Assembly (NCBI RefSeq): GCF_000150275.1
Contig: NW_002060975.1
Location: 66,655 to 130,654 of the forward strand
DNA length: 64,000 nt
Direction: 5' to 3'
DNA from: Trichoplax adhaerens
Taxonomy: Eukaryota; Animalia; Placozoa
A program made the translations under genes and the position numbers. The notes below the pieces were generated by a model that was not told where the DNA came from, did not search any database, and saw only the letters and a list, made by a program, of their open reading frames with translations. Shown here piece by piece: positions 25,299-41,190 of the stretch. Position 1 is the stretch's first letter. Every line of letters begins with the position of its first letter.

Positions 25299-26908
25299 AC
25301 TAGCAATTAATTCTTTCTACCAATGGATGAGACGATCAACAGCAACTAAAAGCCAAGAAATAGATTATTCGATTAATTTGAACTCTTGAAGCCTACCATG
25401 GAGACGGAGGCATCAGCGTGGAAATGGGACTTGAATGTGACGTCAAAGGAGCCAACGATCCACGGTAGAATCGTGCTGTCACTTGACACGACCGCACCCG
25501 ACTCGAGAGCGACGTGTTTTCCTACCTGTAGCAATTTATGATGACAATCAAGATGGACGATAGGATGGCGCGGCCAGATGATACAGTAAGGGGGAGTGGG
25601 GCAAAATAGCAACATGTAAAACAACAGCCGTCGATGCTTGATGATGGTGGTATCCCGATGAGATACATTATTACGTATGCAATAGTCCAGTTATCGATAG
25701 TAAAAGTAGAGATTACTGCTGTACTGTACTTGATTGGATATACTGTCATTCGTTTTTATACATCACCGTGTTATTTTGAATGCAGTTGAAATAATCAATT
25801 CATTCATGCCGTTGTACAATGTACAGTGCGCCATTGTACAATGTACAGTATATTGTACACGATATGTACAGTATTGTCCTTCTCCATATTGTTCTGTATT
25901 GCTCGCTCACCCGCCCAGTTTTGCCCACTTGCAACGCAATTGTGTATGTCGATTCTGTGCACAATCCGTTCCGACGTCATTCTTTTATCTCCATTGCATA
26001 CGTCAATTTAATAATCCATAGCGACCATGTACATCTGTGGTAGGAGTGAGTGCAGAGGCGAGGGTCCTTCATTTAGCCTTTTCTGACCACCCGATAACCG
26101 ACAATGTTCAACTATTTTCTACTGACAGCACAGTCGATGATCGCCGCAAAAGACCCTGAGACCGTGGTCAACTGGTGAACAAACTCAGCGAAAATGACAT
26201 CGGTCCGTATCCAACTGCAACCACTACAGCACAGACGGACGGACTACTCCATCTACCACAACTTGGACAAGATGTCAACAGCTACAGTACAAAAGTCTCC
26301 ATCTTGTCGTCCAGTCGTGGCCCGGCCCCTCCCTAGTCAAGTTGAATGTGGTGATGTTGGTAATACAGTAGTTTACTTATGGATGCGTGAGCAATTCCAC
26401 AAGGTACTATTAGTAATTTAGTAATGCATGATGGGGTGCATTTCCATCGCAATGAAAAGGCCATGTTTACTGAAGGCGATTTCGCTGATCCGCCACAAAC
26501 AATAATCCCCAAAATGCAGTTCCTCCTCCATTCAAAGAATGGTTGCCATAGTGCAGTACAGTTACGCCAGAATGTCAATATTGATACAGTATACTGTAAA
26601 ATACGTACAGTACAGTACAGTACAATAGTATGTAGCGCTGTCACGAACTCCTTTCTTCTGTAATGTCCACTACTGTCTCTCGCCTTCTTAATACTGTACT
26701 GTATTGCAGCTGGAGGCTGAGAGTGGCATGGAGAACTCCCAAGTCCGATAGGACATAGAATCTATTTCATATTATATTATGTATAAATAAATAAATTGAC
26801 ATTCAGCATTATTGTACTACACTAGACCTGGGAAAGGTTGGATTCGCGTCTCTTTTTTTCCTGAATGAATTCCAATTCTTGAACAAATTGGTTGGCTATT
26901 TCAGTAAC

Positions 26909-28957
26909 ATGGCAATGCTGCAAATTCTTCCCACCAGAGGGAACCAATGCAACAAGTTTCCTCTTCTTTTTCTCATCACATTACTTTTGTATACCTGTCA
27001 GGCAGCAACGGAACAGGTTGAACTACAACCTGGTGCGGTGACTTCGAAATATACCACATCATGTAATCAGTATAAGTATTTCAAAATCAAAGTCAGCAAT
27101 CCTTGCGTCAATGTGCGAATTTTGGTGAGTTTGTATGGAGTGGCATAGATGCGCTCGCTATCAAATGCTAGTCCTGACTTATTGCAGGCCATTTTAGGAT
27201 AGCAGCAAGTTGGAATGCATGATAGTATAGCACATTCTGTATTCAAGATTGATGGAGTCAACGAAAATACACATACCGTACTCGAGTTTGTACAGTATCA
27301 GTGAAATTCACGAAATAAACGTTTCAGCAATACTTTTCAAACAAAAATGAGATAGGACGAATCCTAGCCAACATTCTGATCAAGGATGACACATGCATTG
27401 TGGTAGTCTGTTGCGCTAATCCATGGTCGACTAGGTGTACCCATAACTTATAATTAGTAGTCCATGCCTCCTCTAGCTCGTACCGGTTATGTTTATCATA
27501 GAATATCAGTTGGCGAACACATCTTTAATTTATGCAATGATGGCCAGACCATACTATTGTCTTAGTCATCACGATTGCACTGAATTTTGGAAAGTAAATT
27601 TTGACGTAGTGGTTCTGTTGTAAATTCCAACTTGCAACACATACATTTACTGACATGCAATTCATGTAACATAACGTTGAATGTACTTGATCCAATATTT
27701 CTTTCATTAGATGAACGAATATTTTAACATATACGCGTGATGTAGTGTGTTACATGCACCATACGTACAGTTCCACGATGAACGGTACAGTACATTCTGT
27801 AGTCCATTGTTGAAATATCATTTTGCAAAGTCACTGATATTCAAGAATTGCATAGAAATGGATTATTTCTGCATTTGCCTGACTCTAAAGCTAACAAATA
27901 TCTATAGGTATAATTAATAAACGGTGCTGATGTTTTGCCAATGTCATACTGTACACTGATAGTCAGTAACAGCAAAGGGCTGTACCAGTGGACTGCATTA
28001 ATATTTAGTCCAATGCACCTCACTGGGCTGTACTCTACCATACTGTATAGCAGCTCGCTAAATCATGCATTGTGCAGTACAACTGCTACACTCAGTCTAC
28101 ACTTTTACCAATCACCTTGTTGCCATCTTTAATATTAACAATAATATTGATTATCTTCGTCAACATTATCTCAAATGTAGGTTTATGCTCTGGGGGGAGA
28201 ACCTAACCTATACGTCAGCAAAGATCCTGATCAGTACCCTACCGTTCAAAGTCTTGCCTGGTCTTCCTATAACTGGGGAACAGAAAATATAACCATACTG
28301 GCATCGGATCCCAATTTTTCAACTGGAATGCTGTACATTGGCGTTCATGCTTACTGTGGCCAAGATGTAGCGACATTATTTACCCCTGCAACATATCAAG
28401 TCTCTGTACAGTTTAATACTCCATCAACGTCAGAATACTTACCATTAAATCAGTTATATTCGTCTATCCTACAAGCTAACAAGTATATGTATTACAAATT
28501 TTGCATTCCTGATGACTGTACAAATGTGAATGTGAAATTACAAAATTGCATCAATGCTACCACTTGTCCAAATACATACGCTTGGCCTGAAATGCTAATA
28601 TCCAATCTTGTCAGAACACCCACATTACAAGATAGGACTTGGAAATTAGCTGAAGTCAGTCGAAGGAATATAGCGTTAAATCATCAGCAACCTAACGTTA
28701 GAGCTGGCCATTATTATGTTGGTATTTATGGTTGGTGTACTCCAAATAAGTTTTGCTCTGATAAATCTACATGTGGTCCTTGTGATAACTACAATAATGG
28801 AATTCAGTTCAACCTTCAAGTATTGACGACTAAGATACCTCAGAATCAATGCAAACCAAACAACATACCTAGTTGCACTAACCATGCTTCAACGCTTACA
28901 TTACCATTGCTTTTAGGTCTATTTCTTGCTTCATGCTTAGTATCTTTGTTAGTGTAA
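26909..28957 (+). CDS. Uncharacterised secreted, probably GPI-anchored Cys-rich protein (~330 aa) with two tandem PPC-like domains; exons 26909-27124, 28181-28957
   Basis: Signal peptide (..LLFLITLLLYTCQA). Phase-0 splice TTG|gtgagt...tgtag|GTT is in frame with the ORF at 28328. Repeated YKYF..P.LYVS..PT..W..G..YIGV pattern; hydrophobic C-terminus with no tail. Confidence 0.82.
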
Positions 28958-30150
28958 TTTCTTGCTAGTTTATAGTATTTTTTGCTATTACAGTATCTAG
29001 TCCATTACATTACCCTTAAATCGATTTCGGTTCATATAAATTACCATCGGTGCTAATAGTAACACTCTGTACTGTACTCCTTTGATACAGTTAGGTTAAT
29101 AAAATATCAACACTTTGTGCAAAATTTGCTATGGATTGATAGAGTTAATTATCATTGATCGCGCTATACCATGGACTAGTTACTAGAAGTACTATCTAGC
29201 GGTCCTTGGTTATACAAATACCAAAGCATGGTATAACTGCTTCCAATCAAGATATCGAACTTACAAGTACTAGCTTGCCTGATACACTTTGCCTTGCGGA
29301 TTGTTACTTAGTGTTCACTGTACGTAAGCCTACCATACAGTTGAACCACTTTCATATTACGCAACGAAGGCATTGATTAATGCGTTGGATCTACTCATTG
29401 AGATAATGTCAAATGGCTTGCTCGATTCATGTATTGCGTAACAAAAACTAAAATTATTAGATGAATGACGACATCTATTGAATAGTTACCAGTTTAATCT
29501 ACGATAAATATGAGCTCAAGTTATACCATATTGCGGCTGTGCAAAGAGCAAAATAAAACGTACTCGTATACTAGGATTTGTTTTTTCCAAACAACATACT
29601 AGTTTGCACAATAATACCGAGGAAGTATCAGCGAGCAACTGCCAGTGATCTGCATTGATAAAATACAAACTGAAAGCATCTATCGAATTCTGTACTCCGA
29701 ATTAGTGCATGCGTAATCTGTATTTCAGAGTTTCAAACGCTAAATAATATATTTACCATTATTATTTTCTGTACAGGTTTTATCATTTGTATATAGATTA
29801 AATTATTAATATAGTTAAAGCTGATAGAATAATTCAGAAAGTAGATTAATCCCTCAACTTTGGTAACTCAATAATTAAAAGAAAATAGATATCAATTTAT
29901 TTCTGTGCATATAAATATATATATACGCATATCAATACATTCAATAATGATAACACTAAGAAGATATTATCGATTATTATTAAATTATTCGTATATTATT
30001 ATCAAAGTAATTATAATTATATCATCATCATATTTGTACGGTCAAATTGATGGAGGTACACCAACGGTGTAAAGTTCATTGTCTAGAAATATCGGAAGAA
30101 AACTATCCACCTAGAATCAAAACAGCACAAAAAATCTTCCCAGTATTTAA

Positions 30151-33431
<3,281 letters not shown>

Positions 33432-33500
33432 TTAAGCAGCGTGATGGAAGTAACGTACGACGCGACCATCTACAGTCCAATACTGTACAGTACTGTAACG

Positions 33501-33599
33501 GTAACAATAGGTGCGGTCACATGCGATCGAATCATTCACTCTTGCAAACGTAACAGTAGGTGCGGTCACATGCGATCGAATCACTCACTCCAGCGAACG
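33501..33599. repeat. 49-bp direct duplication upstream of GMPPB
   Basis: GTAACA(A/G)TAGGTGCGGTCACATGCGATCGAATCA(T/C)TCACTC at 33501 and 33550. Confidence 0.9.
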
Positions 33600-33879
33600 T
33601 TGGTGTTCGTCTTACTGGCAAAAAAAGGACACGCCTTATTTCGGTCTTGTACAGTACTTTCTGTATAGTGTCGTCTGCAGACCCTTGTTTAGAGACTCTA
33701 CTGGAGTCTATGGTCGTCATAGCAGAGACTTTGCTTTTACAAATCCCTGGTCACAGTATGGTGTCGATTTGGATGTCGTCACTCATAAAACAGCCAACAA
33801 CATATTGTATGAACGTACACTTGCCCATAGTACAGACTCTTCCTTTTGGAACTCAGACTCGATCTGTAGCGCTCGCTTT

Positions 33880-34430
33880 AGTCGTACTGTACAGTACAGA
33901 ACAGATGTGAAGTACTGTACAGTAAAAGAAGAAGAAGTGAGAATACAGTGTATAGTACTGTACACTGTAGGCTACAACAGGTGAAAACGCTTGGGTATTT
34001 GTGGTACGTAAGGTAGAGGAGGTGAGACGCTTCGTTGTTTCTAGTACGTAAGGTAGAGGAGGTGAGACGCTTGGGTGTACAGTACTGAACAGATGTGAAG
34101 TACAGTACAGTAAAAGAAGAAGAAGCGAGAATAGTACTGTACTGTACAGTACAGTACGTCCCCTACAGTGTACAGTACTGTACACTGTAGGCTACAGCAG
34201 GTGAAAACGCTTGGGTATTTGTGGTACGTAAGGTAGAGGAGGTGAGACGCTTCGTTGTTTCTGGTACGTAAGGTAGAGGAGGTGAGACGTTTGGGTGTTT
34301 CTGGTACGTACGGTACAGCAGTTGAAACGCTTGAATGTTTCTGGTACGTACGGTAGAGGAGGTGAAACGCTTAGAAGTACGTACGGTACAGGAAGTGAAA
34401 ACGCTTGGGTATTTCTGGTAGGTACTTAAA
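33880..34430. repeat. Composite repeat: 40-bp GC-rich units plus (TACAG/TACTG)n runs, with a 220-bp higher-order duplication
   Basis: (G/A)GTACGTA(A/C)GGTA..G..G.TGA(G/A)ACG.TT-type units at ~34003, 34043, 34223, 34263, 34303 and 34343. The block at 33956 is repeated at 34176. Confidence 0.92.
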
Positions 34431-36032
34431 CTGACCTACAAATACACTACTTTGTATCAGCATGCAAAAATTACTTTCCAATGGCCCCTGACGGCAACAC
34501 AAGTACTTTCAGCAAAACATAGATTGAGACTGGGTCTACACGCTTGTCCATCTGCTTTTTCTCTAACTTCTAGGAGACGGAAGGGAATCCCTGCGGGACG
34601 TAAAATTCAGGGCAGTCTACACTAGACCCTTCTCCAAAGGGTAACCAAAGGGTCTAGTGTCTACAGTACACCAAAGCGTCACTCAGCAATACAGTGTCTG
34701 CAGTACGGTAGGAGTAAAAAGTCCTAAAATGCTCCCCTCCCGTCCCGGTATTTGACTAGTCTATGACATCATCAACCAGTGATGGACGGAGACTGGGACA
34801 CGCTTATTGATCAAAACTGGAGTGTCTCTCTATCGGGTTTATCCTTCCATCACTGCCAGTAACCAGTGTGGTGGCAGAGTGTCTAAAGCATACAGATGCA
34901 ATTTGTACCGTTTAAAGCAGCATAATCAGCATTTCACCTTTATTAGGGTCTGTACACTACATTACCGGTAGATGATCAGCGCTATCCATAGAAATAACCA
35001 TTAGGTTTCTTGAAACGATATCAAACTATAAATCTACTAAAGAGTTCATAACAACGTGGATGGAAGCAATTTCGATCTAAAAAATGGAAAAAGTACAGTA
35101 TCAGTCTGAACTTCCTTGAAACAAATGAATTACTGTAATTCATTCATTAGAATCAATCGTTGAGGAACGCAAGAATAACCTATTGTAGGGCTACAATTTC
35201 AATCCGTAAATTTTCTTACGTTAACAAGTATTGTTAGATAAAGATGTATTCATTTTTAGATAGTTTTGTGGAAAGATAATTTATTACATCTTACATAAAG
35301 AAGTAAACCTTTCCAATTCGCTTTGAAATGAATTGAATCTATGCATGTTAAACTTCAATCGATACTGTAAATATAGAAGTTGATAGTAAACACGTTATGC
35401 AATCTCTTCAACACTGATGATATTTTAATAAATAATGAATTCATGATTTATGCATATGTCAACAAATTATATTGAATTTTTCCATAATGACATTCTTAAC
35501 TTGATAGATACTGCTGCAGACAGATATATGCCATGCAACATACACACTGGTACAACTTGCAAAATATTATCCGTTAACTTGATAATATCGAGCCCTAACA
35601 GTAGATGACTAAAAGAGTCTAGAAGCGAAATGTGCCAATTCTCCTAAATCATACCTAAACACATCATTTCATAAGATCAATTTGCCTTTCAAATTAAACC
35701 GAAATCTATCTTGTTACATTATACTTAGTGATATATTCACGATGACTTTACATAGTCTATCATACGATATTGAAATATCTTCAACAATTTTAACAATTAA
35801 TTAGCAGTAATAAGAAATAAAACATTTTTACCTTTTTACTCTTCTATTGGATTGATATCAATTTCATAGACGCTAAGGTATCACAATTCAACTAGAATAA
35901 AGTGATGAATTGATTGAAATGCCTCATTACAGACATAATAACCCTTTCCGATACAACAGATAATTTCATCTACAACTACGCCAATATGGAAATGATCGGA
36001 AAAAAAAGATCGACATTCAGTATTTAAAACGA

Positions 36033-36208
36033 TAATATACGTATTGATTAATAGGTTATAAACTAGATTGTCAACGGTGATATACGCATTGCTTAATAGG
36101 TTAAAAACTAGATTATCAATGCTAATATACGTATTACTTGATAGGTTAAAAACTAGATTTTCAACGGTAATATACGTATTACTAAATAGATTAAAAACTA
36201 GATTATTT
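36033..36208. repeat. 45-bp tandem repeat x4 downstream of the GPCR (likely 3' UTR)
   Basis: TAATATACGTATT..TTAATAGGTTAAAAACTAGATT repeated at 45-bp period. Confidence 0.9.
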
Positions 36209-36311
36209 AACCAGTTATGGGATTCTTTCTGATCGAGTCTTTAGGTAAAATTTAAAATGATAAATGCTATTCGTAATGGATGAGGTTATTCTAGTTTATT
36301 ATTATTTGATA

Positions 36312-37481
36312 TTATATTGTACTATCTTCTTGCATGCCTTTGGCCATAATTACACGCGCATTGTTTAATGAACTTGATCCTTGTATAAGGAAATCGCTTG
36401 TAACCATACTTCTGCAATGTGGAGTTGATGAATAAGTTTGCGATGTTAACCCACTACGCGTAGGGTTCCTACCATAGTTATCATAAATTAAATGAAAACG
36501 TGACGCTAATGGGCGACAGAATAAAAAACATATCTGATGTCGTATATCACGCGTAAAAATTGCATAAATTAATGGATTGATAGCAGCATTGGCGAAAGAG
36601 AGGTAAACTGATGCCGTATATAATACAGTAGACATCAGTCTAGGGCTAAATAATAATACAAGCCCATTGATAAAAAATGGCAACCAGCATATTAAAAAGA
36701 ATCCAACGATCGTTGCCAAGACTGCAATTATTCGAATATCTTTAGCATCAATACGCGCTCTAGTTGATGCTTCAATACTATACGCTGAGGATTCATATTT
36801 AACACGTTTAGCATGTTTAGAAGCGATGACAAAAATGCGAGCATAAATCATGCTCATAGCAAGGCATGGCACGAAGAAATTTACTACCATAAGGCAAACT
36901 AGGTACGGTCGTTCGAAGCTAGGCGCGGCTGTCCATTGAACAAAGCAAGAACCAGGTCGAGGATCATAGCCGATATCACGCCAGACAAACATAGGCAATA
37001 GAGCAATTACAAGCGGTTCGAGCCAAACAAAAAGCAAGAGGACAAGCACAATTTTCTTACTCATAATTTGTCTGGCCTGATACAATAATGGTGATGTGAT
37101 GGAAAAATAGCGATCAATACTAATGCTACAAACATTTAATATAGATACAGACATCAAAAAAATGGTAATAGGATAACTCAAGTTACAGTAGACAGGACCA
37201 AATGGCCAATAGCCTAGTAACATATTAACCACTAATGGAGGTATTTGCAATGATACACGAATGAGATCAGCGATACATTGATTGAAGACAAAGAGATGAG
37301 TGATATTTCGCAGATGCTTCCGACACAATATAGTACCAGCAACAATTAAATTGGCTGCAAAACTAACTACAAAGATGGATAAAGTTATACAAACGAAAGT
37401 TAACGCTTGCGGTGTTATCGAACGTGATTGAGGACCTTCTTTTACAATGGTAGAATTACTACTGCGATAATTCCATGACAT
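36312..37481 (-). CDS. Rhodopsin-class (class A) orphan GPCR, amine-receptor-like, intronless CDS, 389 aa
   Basis: Seven hydrophobic segments with ADL, WPFG..C, SISIDRY, CWLPFF and NPLIY, plus an N-terminal glycosylation sequon. First ATG is at 37481; the track start at 37580 is TTG. Confidence 0.95.
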   Translation of the reverse strand: MSWNYRSSNSTIVKEGPQSRSITPQALTFVCITLSIFVVSFAANLIVAGTILCRKHLRNITHLFVFNQCIADLIRVSLQIPPLVVNMLLGYWPFGPVYCNLSYPITIFLMSVSILNVCSISIDRYFSITSPLLYQARQIMSKKIVLVLLLFVWLEPLVIALLPMFVWRDIGYDPRPGSCFVQWTAAPSFERPYLVCLMVVNFFVPCLAMSMIYARIFVIASKHAKRVKYESSAYSIEASTRARIDAKDIRIIAVLATIVGFFLICWLPFFINGLVLLFSPRLMSTVLYTASVYLSFANAAINPLIYAIFTRDIRHQICFLFCRPLASRFHLIYDNYGRNPTRSGLTSQTYSSTPHCRSMVTSDFLIQGSSSLNNARVIMAKGMQEDSTI

Positions 37482-40400
37482 GATGCTGATGCTTAATGCT
37501 AGAGAAGGTATAATTTCCAATCTATAAAATGATACGATGATAAATTTGCTGTCCGTTGCTTTCTCTTTTACCAATTCCAAAATGCCACTTATAAGAACTG
37601 TAATTTCGTTAATTTAATCTCCAATCCGTATTGGGTATTCTTTTTTAGAGTCGACTATTACATTAGCTGCCTTCAAAAAGATATAGTCAAACGATTTCAA
37701 ACAGCTTATCAAATTTTATACCAGCAAATAAGAATTTTATAACATCGGTTCAGTCTTTTATAGATAGATTGATGCCCAAGGCTGTATTTAACGTTCAGAA
37801 TAACAAGTAACAACATCGAAGTATGACGATAAAAAAAGTATGGATCATTGTTTATTCAATGGCTACCGGTCATGCATGGACTTTGGTAAAAATTGTTGAT
37901 GTAAAAATTCTCCTTCTAAAAGGTAAAAAATTGGATAAAATATAGCTATTTTATTTTGAAAGGGAAGAGAAAATTATAAATTGAAATAATTATCATTGAT
38001 TCTATTCATATTTGATTGCTTTTTTATTGATTGTTAACGCCTACTAAACATTAAACCTGGATAATAGTAAATATCGACTGATTGTCTTGTAATAACTTGC
38101 GTGTGGTTTTACTGGAATGAAAGCATAGACCAGATATTTATTTCGCTGAATTGTTGTAATTGAGTATTTGTCAAAATTTTGATTGAATTATTATTTACTA
38201 TGATACTCTATCATTCATTAACTGAAAAGATTTTACCCTATTCATACGCTATTTTCTTTCGCTATATAAATATCCTCATTCATGATTATTAGGATTTAAT
38301 CAAATCACCTTCTACAAGTTACAATGAAAGGAAAGGGAGTTCTGATCAAGGAATTTCGTTCATTATCGTTTTCTACTCCTATCTTTAAGATCCAAACTGC
38401 TAATTTTACCCTTCTCCAGCTCGCATAAAAATTGTCATTGTCATTAAAACCTATGTAATATTGTCTATAAATTGTAACCAAATATTGTAATATAGATTTA
38501 TTTCTGCTTTCATTCATTGATGCCTTGAAAGTTAATTACTTAATCCAAAATATAGGTAAGTGCACGAAATCTAAAGATAATTCTTGCAAATTTACTGTCT
38601 ACGCTTTTAATTATTATCGAAAACAATTGATCAAATCTGTTATGAAAGTAAATAGAAGAAAACATAAAATAGATAACGATTCTACTGATCCAGTAGTTTA
38701 AGAATCTAGCTAATTGGATGCTGTGAAGTAATAAATAAAAATTCTAAGATAATCTTAAATAATAAAGCGTATTTCGTCCTGAGGCTTAATAAGCTGGCAG
38801 ATTATCAAAAAATATTGAGATTGACGTCGATCTAGGATTCTACTATTGTAAAGGAATGATATTGCCCCAGGAATGAGATAAACATGATCCGATCATCAAA
38901 ATCAGATAGAAAATTAATCCATTAAGATAGTAAAGAGTTAGTATCGTTATCTATTATGTTGCTATCTGAAGTCTACGTATGCTGTAAGTAAGAAATACAA
39001 ATAGTTTGACAATGAAACTATTCAATTTTCAGTCAGTTCATTCTGACAAACAAGTTGTTAATTGACTGAACTATCACATATACGAGAAAATATCAAAATA
39101 GCTTTTACTACTAAACTAAGCAGAGTATACGTCAATAATTTGTAATTTTTTTATTTTACTTATTACCTCATAAACGATACGACGGAATACGAGTATTCGT
39201 CGTATTCGATTTCAATTTTTTTCACACTGCTATTACTCAGTAGCCAATCATAGTTGTGATAAAGAACATGTCTAGAAATCACATTCAATGTTATTGGCTA
39301 AAATAGCTGTCAAATTTTACAATGTAACATACAAGAGTTATTCCATCAAATCAACAGTTATCTGTCTATTTTACCTCAGATTACAATTCTAAAATAACAA
39401 AAATTCTTTTTTTGTTATGGTGACGCTGTTGATGCTATTGATAATTCTGAGAACAAATACTGCATCAGTCGCAGGTGCTTGCATTTAATCTTCCATTGAA
39501 CTACAGTATATTATTATATTGCAAGAGAATTCCATCGTCCTGCCAAAGGCCTACATTGTCGAATGATTGTTCATCATGAAGGCATAATCCTCAAAAAAGG
39601 TCCAATCTGTGACATCTAAGATCCTAACGTTATACTCTGTATTGATGTTTCACCTGAGATTTCATGTTGGTCATATGAAAAAATGTTATTAAATTCTGTT
39701 ATTTCTATTTAAAACTATAGCAGCATTTCTTATTTTAGTAAATGCTTTCAGCATTCTGTTACCACCTATTACTAAATTATTTCATGCTTGTAGACAAACA
39801 TAAGAAATTTCTAAAAGATTACAATTTCTATTTTCTATTGTTCATCTTAATATTCGCCATTGCATTGATATCTTTTATTATTCCGAATTGATAACAATAC
39901 AATTTATTGCTATTACATTGTTATCGACATTGATTTACTAATTCTATCGCTGGTAGCATTAAAGACAGCTTTATCATGCCATCTTCACTATATCAGTAAT
40001 TCAGTTGATTTGTAGTATATTTTTCGACTATAAATTTGTAACAGTAAATACATTAGGCAAAATCCCATATTTATCAAATATGGGATGAAGGAGAAAAAAT
40101 AATGAATCTACTGTAACATCATTTATGTGAACTAGTTGCATGTCTGATTATTGTAGCTTTATCGTAGTTCATGGTTAGTATTACTACTTGTTATCCATAT
40201 TATGATAAATGATTTTATCCATAAATTAGTGACAATCAATAAATTGCACACTTTTGGCGTGTATAATTTCAAACGGCAATTTACACTTATAATGATGTGC
40301 AGTCTACCCCTGATATTAAAGTGGCCTATTAACTTAATTTAAATTAAGCGCTAGCGCAGTATGAGCATGTACATAATGTACAGTACAACAGCCGATATGA

Positions 40401-41190
40401 AACTCTTTATTTTATAAACTCGGCAGTCCAGAGTTGTGATTAATGGAGTCAATTTATGGTAAAACCTACGTACAAAAATTTACATAAACTAAAGGCTATA
40501 CTCAAGACAAATATCCTTTTACCATTTGATAAATATTCAGGTTAAATCTCTCAACATCTATTGTTTTGGTCGATTTATATTTATATAGTTATGAGTATAT
40601 TTGTTTAAGTGATCAATGTTTATTTTCAGTAATTCTTCTAAATTTCAGAGGGCGCTCTGTAGGGCGCTAGTATAACAGTATCCTCACGATACGATATTAT
40701 TCTTTTTCAATTCGATAATACTTCAATGTCGAATATGTTTGGAATAAACTAGTTATATCTTTATTGTAGTAGGAAACTGATTCTCAAACATTCAATTTGA
40801 TCTGCACAAGTAGAGTAATATAGTTCAAGTTTGCTTTTGCTCTAAATTTATAAGAAAAATTGTAGGGTAATTTATTCCTGTATGATTTTTTTTTCCATGC
40901 CCTCACTACTAATTTTCCAGTCAAGACTAATCCATCGACTTTTTCCATTCATTATGGCAAAGCTAGAAATAATAAATTAAGCTACGACAATAAATTTAAT
41001 CACTGCTATCTCACGTATTCCTATTAGCACCCGCTATTAATGAGGAAATAATATTTTTAAGAATAACAATTTCAATAAAAACGATAGCTAGAGTTTTTTG
41101 ATCAACAATAATTGGAATTATTATGCTCGTTATTATGCTATCAGTGAAGAAAGGATTACCGAAATGGAGAAATCCTAGCAAAATTACAAT

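Noticed and set aside
25373-26663. Several short ORFs between SLC6 and the PPC-like gene
   Set aside because: By-products of GC-richer promoter/UTR sequence with no recognisable motifs.
33980-34430. Regular 40-bp units as a CRISPR array (also considered for 1-1215 and 41191-41762)
   Set aside because: There are no unique spacers and no cas genes, and the context is eukaryotic. These are ordinary tandem repeats.
39417-39488. Signal-peptide-like mini-ORF MVTLLMLLIILRTNTASVAGACI*
   Set aside because: The donor (GTGCTT) is weak and no downstream exon was found. Such hydrophobic runs are common in AT-rich DNA.
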